This document shows, in pieces, positions 58,171 through 64,000 of a stretch of DNA of 64,000 nucleotides (the stretch's first letter is position 1; every line of letters begins with the position of its first letter). Where the stretch lies: NCBI GenBank assembly GCA_963847625.1, contig CAWKAR010000024.1, positions 78,219-142,218 of the forward strand, written 5' to 3'. Origin of the DNA: a candidate division FCPU426 bacterium (GTDB lineage Bacteria; Oederibacteriota; Muellerivitia; Muellerivitales; Muellerivitaceae). Both the position numbers and the translations under genes were made by a program. The notes beneath the pieces are model-generated. The model had not been told where the DNA came from and did not search any database. It saw nothing but the letters and a program-made list of their open reading frames with translations.

Positions 58171-58806
58171 GTAAGGGTTTTCCGAATGACTTAATTCATT
58201 TAATGACTTACTTGAGTATATTACGTTTCGTTTAAAAGGATCTTTTGTAGCATTTAAAAACCATCGTAAGTCTTCTTGATATTCTTCTGGAATTTTAGTT
58301 CTCTTTTCAATATCCCAATTAATAAGTATTGATGACACAAGTGATATCAAATTTTTCGTATCTTCTGGGCGAATTGTGTTCCGCGGATGAATTGTTGCTA
58401 CTTCTTCTTTCACTTCAACATAGAGCCCTTTTATGCGGTTTAAATGAAGGTTCTTGGCCACGCCTTCTAATTTTCGAACTGTTTCTTTTGTTATTGAATT
58501 CTTTGAAAAGTAGGGTCCCCATAATGCGAAAAATAATTTCCGAATATGGTCATCCATTTTATTTTCGGATGAAGCGTATTCGTTTTCTTCAAGTTTAGCA
58601 GCAAAGTTACTCATTAATAGTTCTGCCTTCCCTATCTCTTCCAGAGATAGGGTGGCGAGATGAAATGCAATATTTGGAACACAATCGACTTCTCGTTTAG
58701 AAGTTTCTAGTAAATCCTTAGAATGTGATAGGCAGATATTGATCGATTCTTTTAAATTTTCCGGGAATTCAATTATTGGTAATGAGGAATTATTTTGATC
58801 GACCAT
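58168..58806 (-). pseudogene. AbiV-family (HEPN) abortive-infection protein, C-terminally cut by IS3
   Basis: AFHLATLSLEEIGKA, DHIRK, NRIKGLYVE; the stop codon is supplied by the IS3 end. Confidence 0.72.
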
Positions 58807-58889
58807 TTAATTCTCCACAGAAAAATATTAGTTGGTTGGATAACTACAAGTTAAAGACTTTTTATCGAAACAAGTGGGGATTTTGATCA

Positions 58890-59486
58890 TTACATCTTTT
58901 TTTCATCCTTTGAATTATTACTAATTGTTGGGTGTATGAAAGCCGCTTTAAAGTTGGGATTATCGCTGAATCTTTCGGATATCCTTTGAACATATTTTTG
59001 AAGGGCAATCATATTTTCATTAAATGGATGAATTTTACTTTTTGCGAATTTATTAAACTGTTCTCTACGCTCAGTAAATAACTTGATATCATCCGGAAAG
59101 TGAAAAGCGCTATTCCTAACTTCGCTAATTTTTCTAAATTCATCGTTATATTCTATTTTTAATTCCTTTAATAAATCTGGCGCGTGGTGTTTTATACCGT
59201 TGATAGTTTCGACATATATACCATTAAATAAATCTTCAAGAAATAATCCGGCATTATCGCTCCGATTAACTAGCTGCTTTAAATAAATTAGATAATTTAA
59301 TCTACCAACAAACACGACGAGCAGAAGTATAAAATCTTGTAATTCAAGATACTTTTCAGGAAATGAAATTTCTTCGCAAATATTGCAATGGCCATCTTCC
59401 CGCCAAACAATCCTGCCTTCGGGAAGGCTGGTATAAATATCCCGCAAGAAATCATGAAATTTATTGTGGTCTATTTTTAGAGACAT
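58890..59486 (-). CDS. Hypothetical protein with HEPN-like RxxxxH motif
   Basis: AT-rich helical ORF containing EVRNSAFH. Confidence 0.5.
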   Translation of the reverse strand: MSLKIDHNKFHDFLRDIYTSLPEGRIVWREDGHCNICEEISFPEKYLELQDFILLLVVFVGRLNYLIYLKQLVNRSDNAGLFLEDLFNGIYVETINGIKHHAPDLLKELKIEYNDEFRKISEVRNSAFHFPDDIKLFTERREQFNKFAKSKIHPFNENMIALQKYVQRISERFSDNPNFKAAFIHPTISNNSKDEKKM

Positions 59487-59665
59487 ATTTTTAATCCTTG
59501 ATTTCTGAATCTGTTTAAAGCTTAGGCAGTTATGTTACTTCACCTAGTTATACACCAACCGCCATCAATCCACGATTACCAATGATTTTCAGCAAAACAC
59601 AAAGGCAACAATCCTATATACTTAATACTTAGCGCTTTTCACTTTTTAAATCCAGAAAGTAATTT

Positions 59666-61768
59666 GTGGAAAACACAAACCAATATTTATCAGACCAACC
59701 TGTTTCTAACCCAAACACAGAAGATAAACTTGGTTATTCTAGTTTTTCTCAAGCAATTGCAAATGCAATCATTGCTATTCCACCAGGAAAAGGTGCAGTA
59801 GTTGCCATTAACGGGCAATGGGGCTCAGGAAAAACTTCTGCAATTAATTTCATTAAATATTTTTTGGGAAAAATTTCAGAAAATGATAGACCTATTCCAG
59901 TTGATTTCAATCCATGGTGGTTATCTGGTGAAGAACAATTATTGCGTGGATTTTTCGACGCATTAAAAAGTGCTTTTGGCAAAGGTAAGGGGTTTGATGA
60001 TGTTGTAGACATTATGTCTATTTTTTGTGTCGGGATATCGAAAGTTCCGGGCGTAGGCGGTCTTGAAGAAGTTGGCGGATTATTAAAAAAATTTACAGAT
60101 TCTGGAAAAAGCTTACAGAATCTAAAAGCAGAGATTGAAGATAAACTTCTGAGTATTGGGAAAAAAATCGTTGTCTTTGTGGATGATGTCGATAGATTAA
60201 CACCGCAAGAAACTTTACAAGTATTCAAAGTTATTAAAGCAATAGGGGATTTTAAAAATGTAATCTATGTTTTGTCTTTTGACAGGGCTATTGTTTTAAA
60301 GAGCTTAAGTGATATACATAAGGAATTTGGTGAAAATTATTTAGAGAAAATAGTTCAGATGCAATTTGAATTGCCCATTCCAGATTCGGACGGCTTATTG
60401 GAAATGCTTTTTCCAGAACTTAATCGCATTTTAGGAAATACCCCTCAAGAGAAATTTGATTCCCGGAGATGGCAAAATTCCTTTTACTATTTAAGCAGCT
60501 TAATCAAAACTCCTAGGGATATTAAGCGTTTATGCAACGCTTTATCTGTCACTTATCCAATTGTTGCCGGAGAAGTGAATTCAGTAGATTTTTTTGTGCT
60601 CGAATTTTTGAAAATCTTCAGACCACTTTTATACGGAATTATTCGAGATAATTTAAAAGAATTTGTAGGAACTGCGGTTTCCAATCGTTACGTTGGGGAA
60701 GATTGGAAAAAGTTTCATGAAAATTGGTTTAACCAGTTGACCTATTCGGATAAATCAAATCTTGTTGAAGTTGTTAAAGAAATATTCCCAAAAGCTTCGG
60801 CTGTTTGGGGAACCACTTATTACAATTCATTAAACGAATGGGCAATTGAATCTCGTGTTTGTCATCCTGATAAAGCAGAGATATATTTTCGTCTAGCGAT
60901 AAATCAAGAACGTATTTCAAATAAAGAATGGGATGATCTTCTTCAAAAGATTTCCAACCGAGAAGATTTCTCTTCTGTTTTAATTGAATATTCAAATATA
61001 AAGACTCGAAAAGGTGGTACGAGAGTAAAAGAGTTACTTGAACAAATTTGGGGACGTTCTGAAAATTTATCAGTAGATATAGCAATTAAAATAGCTACGA
61101 TCTTAATTAACGTTGGGGATTTCATACTTAAGCCGGAAGACAAGTGGCCTGGGTTTTGGCGTGTAGACTCAGAAGCAGCATTGAGGATTTCAATTTATCG
61201 TTGTTTAAAGCGTGACGAAACTAATAGGAAAGTAAATTTTATAAAAGCAGTTTCTGAAGCTAAATCTATTTATACCCCAATGGTTATCCTTGCATGGCTC
61301 ACTGAAAAGAATGAAGTAGCGTTTACTAAAGAGGAAATAGATAAGATTCATAAAGTACTTTTTGAAAGAACCCAAAAAAAAATTCAAAAAGACGGTCTAA
61401 CGAATTTAAACAATATTCCCTATATTTTTGGAACACTTGTTCCATGGGGTTATGAAAAAGAAGTTAAAGAATGGGCTGAACTATGTTTAAAATCGTCAAA
61501 AGAAACTTTCAGCTTTTTGAAACAATTTGAACATGAAAGTCACAGTCAAAACATGGGTGAAGCAGCTTTTAAAATTCATTACCGTTTGCAACCAAAATGG
61601 TTAGAGCCTTATGTTGACCCAAAGAAAATTGCTGAAATAGTAAAAATGGAAATCAATTCTAATGAATTTAATGATTTTGAAAAAAGGGCAGGAAATACAT
61701 TCTTGAAAGAATGGGAATTTGTTGAAAAAGGGACACCACTTGGTGATATGGATACCTTCGAAGATTAA
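59666..61768 (+). CDS. KAP family P-loop NTPase
   Basis: SDQP..DKLG, Walker A GQWGSGKTS, FNPW, Walker B VVFVDDVDRL, YLEKIVQ, TPRDIKR. Confidence 0.92.
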   Translation: MENTNQYLSDQPVSNPNTEDKLGYSSFSQAIANAIIAIPPGKGAVVAINGQWGSGKTSAINFIKYFLGKISENDRPIPVDFNPWWLSGEEQLLRGFFDALKSAFGKGKGFDDVVDIMSIFCVGISKVPGVGGLEEVGGLLKKFTDSGKSLQNLKAEIEDKLLSIGKKIVVFVDDVDRLTPQETLQVFKVIKAIGDFKNVIYVLSFDRAIVLKSLSDIHKEFGENYLEKIVQMQFELPIPDSDGLLEMLFPELNRILGNTPQEKFDSRRWQNSFYYLSSLIKTPRDIKRLCNALSVTYPIVAGEVNSVDFFVLEFLKIFRPLLYGIIRDNLKEFVGTAVSNRYVGEDWKKFHENWFNQLTYSDKSNLVEVVKEIFPKASAVWGTTYYNSLNEWAIESRVCHPDKAEIYFRLAINQERISNKEWDDLLQKISNREDFSSVLIEYSNIKTRKGGTRVKELLEQIWGRSENLSVDIAIKIATILINVGDFILKPEDKWPGFWRVDSEAALRISIYRCLKRDETNRKVNFIKAVSEAKSIYTPMVILAWLTEKNEVAFTKEEIDKIHKVLFERTQKKIQKDGLTNLNNIPYIFGTLVPWGYEKEVKEWAELCLKSSKETFSFLKQFEHESHSQNMGEAAFKIHYRLQPKWLEPYVDPKKIAEIVKMEINSNEFNDFEKRAGNTFLKEWEFVEKGTPLGDMDTFED

Positions 61769-61814
61769 ATTAAACGCCAATAAAGTTTGATAGAGTTAAT
61801 CTGACCGCTACCAA

Positions 61815-62030
61815 AACCCATAAACCCATTCCTAAAACCCATAACCCACTAACCCATACCCACAACCCATTACCCATAAACCCATTCGGCATGGCTTAAA
61901 AGTCATTATTTATTGATTTATTAACCCATTACCTACCCTAAACCCATTCTCACAAACCTATTACCCATAAACCCATAACCCACCCTAAACCCATTCTCAG
62001 AATGCCATTCTTAGAATCCACAAACCCATT
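61815..62030. repeat. C-rich degenerate (A/T)ACCCAT short-repeat tract
   Basis: Many ACCC(A) units in two blocks, spaced about 6-13 nt. Confidence 0.85.
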
Positions 62031-62110
62031 CTCAGAATCAATCTTAAGAATGCCAGACTCGAATCAGAACCCAAAAACCCATATTTTTCAATGTTTTAAT
62101 CTCGGATTCC

Positions 62111-62148
62111 ATTCTTAAGAATCATTCTTAAGAATGATTCTTAAGAAT
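62111..62148. repeat. Three tandem 12-bp perfect palindromes ATTCTTAAGAAT
   Basis: Copies at 62111, 62124 and 62137; degenerate copies at about 61993-62052. Confidence 0.85.
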
Positions 62149-62326
62149 GACAGAATGAAATCTGAATCTGATCTGGCTAAACAGTTCACTGGATAGACTC
62201 GTCTTAAACGAATTTAAGAATTTATTTTTAGGGGGTGTTTTCAGGTTTTGTAATTTCAGATTAGACAGCGGAAGGGTAGGTTGATTTCAGAATGACTTTC
62301 ACCGCTCCAAATCCCCTCTTTGGCTC

Positions 62327-62389
62327 CAAGTGGGAAAATAACATTCCCACTTGCTATTTCTTGACTGTTATAAAAGCATACAGTAGTAT
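62327..62389 (+). promoter_or_regulatory. sigma70-like promoter with upstream inverted repeat
   Basis: CAAGTGGGAA-N7-TTCCCACTTG; TTGACT (62361) -17 nt- TAGTAT (62384). Confidence 0.6.
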
Positions 62390-62426
62390 TCCTTTAGGAT
62401 TTAACTACTTTTAATGAGGTTGAGCC

Positions 62427-63011
62427 ATGACTAACGATCAAGCAATCGAAGTTAAAAAACCCGCCAAAATCGCTTGGTGGACCCTGGGAATAGGTATTGT
62501 GCTTGGATTGGCTTTAGGATGGATCATGTTTCTTATCTATCGGTTAGGCCAAAGGGAAGGAGTAGAAATTTACAAGAGTAACGAGAAGCCCACTGAAACT
62601 CCAAAACCGGAATTGAATGGACAAACCATTGATGTAACCAATAATTCCATTGCCAAAGCGGAACCTGCTCCAATGGAAAAAAGTGTTACTACTGCGTCCG
62701 AAACTCCTACGGTTTCTGAACCCGTGCCACCCCAAACCCCCAAATACCACCATTCCGAGGATTTCAGAGTAATCATCTGGGGGGGTAAAAAATACGAATT
62801 AACCACAAATCAATCCCGTGTAGTTGAAAGGCTTTGGAAGGCATATGAAAGCCGAATCCCTATAATGCACCAAAGCGCATTACTCGAAGGGTTAGAGATT
62901 GGTAGCCAAAGGCTCCGAGATGTTTTCAAAAACAACTTGGAAGCCTTTAAGGAATTATTCACTAATGGAAACCGCAAAGGGACATTTCGAATGAATCTTA
63001 ACTGGGAATAA
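62427..63011 (+). CDS. Membrane-anchored protein with putative C-terminal winged-helix domain
   Basis: One TM, Pro/Thr linker, then SEDFRVIIWGGKKYELTTNQSRVVERLW..RLRDVFK..RKGTFRMN. Confidence 0.55.
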   Translation: MTNDQAIEVKKPAKIAWWTLGIGIVLGLALGWIMFLIYRLGQREGVEIYKSNEKPTETPKPELNGQTIDVTNNSIAKAEPAPMEKSVTTASETPTVSEPVPPQTPKYHHSEDFRVIIWGGKKYELTTNQSRVVERLWKAYESRIPIMHQSALLEGLEIGSQRLRDVFKNNLEAFKELFTNGNRKGTFRMNLNWE

Positions 63012-63116
63012 TATTCCCAGAAGATTCCCCTTAAAATCCCAGTTCTTCCCCCGGTAGTTACCCCCTCCTAGCCGTATCCTTGCGCCAAGAAATAATTTTA
63101 TTTTTTGGCCGGGATC

Positions 63117-63302
63117 ATGGAAAAGAAACTTTCAAAAGAAGAGTTCATCGAATACACGCTCAAGGTTTGGCAACCGTATTTTTCACGGCCCTTAACCTGT
63201 GAAGATGCACGTCAATTTTCCATGACTGCCGTGAACTTTCTTCATGCCCTGTCCGAAAAAAATACTCCAAATGGCCCTGAACTCCCTGTAAATAGGCCCT
63301 GA
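63117..63302 (+). CDS. Small hypothetical protein
   Basis: EEFIEYTLKVWQPYFSRPLTCEDARQ; lies upstream of the recombinase. Confidence 0.45.
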   Translation: MEKKLSKEEFIEYTLKVWQPYFSRPLTCEDARQFSMTAVNFLHALSEKNTPNGPELPVNRP

Positions 63303-63366
63303 AAATGGAAAAGTGGCTACATTTATATCCACTTTGTTTCCTTTTCGGCCTGAATGAAGGCGAAAA

Positions 63367-63582
63367 ATGGAAGAACTGAGAATTTCCAAAAGAAAAGGGA
63401 AGCTGATTCACATTAGGCTTTCACCTTCCACCCATACCCGTCTTAAAATCAGAGTAGCGGAATTAAGAACCACTCTTCAAAGCTGGACTGAAAAAACCAT
63501 CCGAAATGCTTTGAGGAAAAAAGTTAAGGGTGGAAAACAAAAACCTTTGAAACAGGGGGAAGCCCATGAACCAACCAAGTGA
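63367..63582 (+). CDS. Ribbon-helix-helix DNA-binding protein
   Basis: LIHIRLSPSTHTRLKIRVAELRTTLQSWTEKTIRNAL. Confidence 0.65.
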   Translation: MEELRISKRKGKLIHIRLSPSTHTRLKIRVAELRTTLQSWTEKTIRNALRKKVKGGKQKPLKQGEAHEPTK

Positions 63583-64000
63583 ATTGAAGGAAGCCGTTCT
63601 ATACGTCCGTGTTTCTTCCAAGGATCAGGAAAAGGAAGGCTATTCGATCCCTGCCCAATATCAGCTCTTAAGGGGATATGCCTTGAATAACGGGTTAGAG
63701 GTTGTCCAAGAGTTTGAGGACATTGAAACCGCCAAAGCATCAGGAAGGGAAAATTTTGGGTTAATGGTTAATTACCTCAAGAAAAACCCTTCCTGCAAGG
63801 TGGTATTAGTCGAGAAAACAGACCGTCTTTACCGCAATTTGAAAGACCATTTAATCTTGGATGAAATGAAACTTGAAATTCATTTTGTTAAAGAAGCCAC
63901 TGTCATTTCTGAAAGTTCCCACTCTTCCCAAAAGTTCATGCAGGGCATTCGGGTATTAATGGCAAAAAACTATGTGGATAACCTATCCGAGGAAGCCAAG
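63566..64000 (+). CDS. Serine recombinase (probably large integrase type), 3'-partial
   Basis: Not in the ORF track; translated by hand: AVLYVRVSSKDQEKEGYSIPAQ..EKTDRLYRN..MAKNYVDNLSEE. Confidence 0.9.
   Translation, partial: MNQPSELKEAVLYVRVSSKDQEKEGYSIPAQYQLLRGYALNNGLEVVQEFEDIETAKASGRENFGLMVNYLKKNPSCKVVLVEKTDRLYRNLKDHLILDEMKLEIHFVKEATVISESSHSSQKFMQGIRVLMAKNYVDNLSEEAK

Noticed and set aside
62365..62383. LexA (SOS) box
   Set aside because: CTG-N13-CAG does not fit the CTG-N10-CAG spacing.

Overview
Bacterial chromosomal window, probably from a diderm (TolC, several outer-membrane beta-barrels). The GC-rich backbone carries housekeeping and envelope genes: serS, ald, trmL, two tandem pdxH, mprF, tRNA-Ser(CGA), livG/livF, three GT-C glycosyltransferases and a beta-barrel/NHL-lipoprotein cluster. 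Accessory region 1 (~14.6-25.8 kb) holds a degenerate 42/43-bp tandem array, a 98-bp MITE inserted in a hairpin loop, an orphan Rhs module with a SleB-like C-terminal toxin and a secreted immunity candidate, and an IS1380. It also holds the most striking structure: a RAYT-like (Y1 HUH) gene bounded by inverted repeats, each split at the same AG dinucleotide by an IS110/IS1111-type element, giving IS110>RAYT<IS110. The non-coding 3' end of these IS110s folds into a bridge/seek-type RNA whose loop segments match the two target flanks and the element's own ends. Accessory region 2 (~57-64 kb) is an AT-rich island with an IS3, AbiV-like HEPN, a second HEPN-like gene, a KAP NTPase, telomere-like AACCCAT repeats, palindromes and the start of a serine recombinase. 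An IS30 splits an acetylxylan esterase gene just before its catalytic His. All calls come from motif recognition by eye; no database searches were run.
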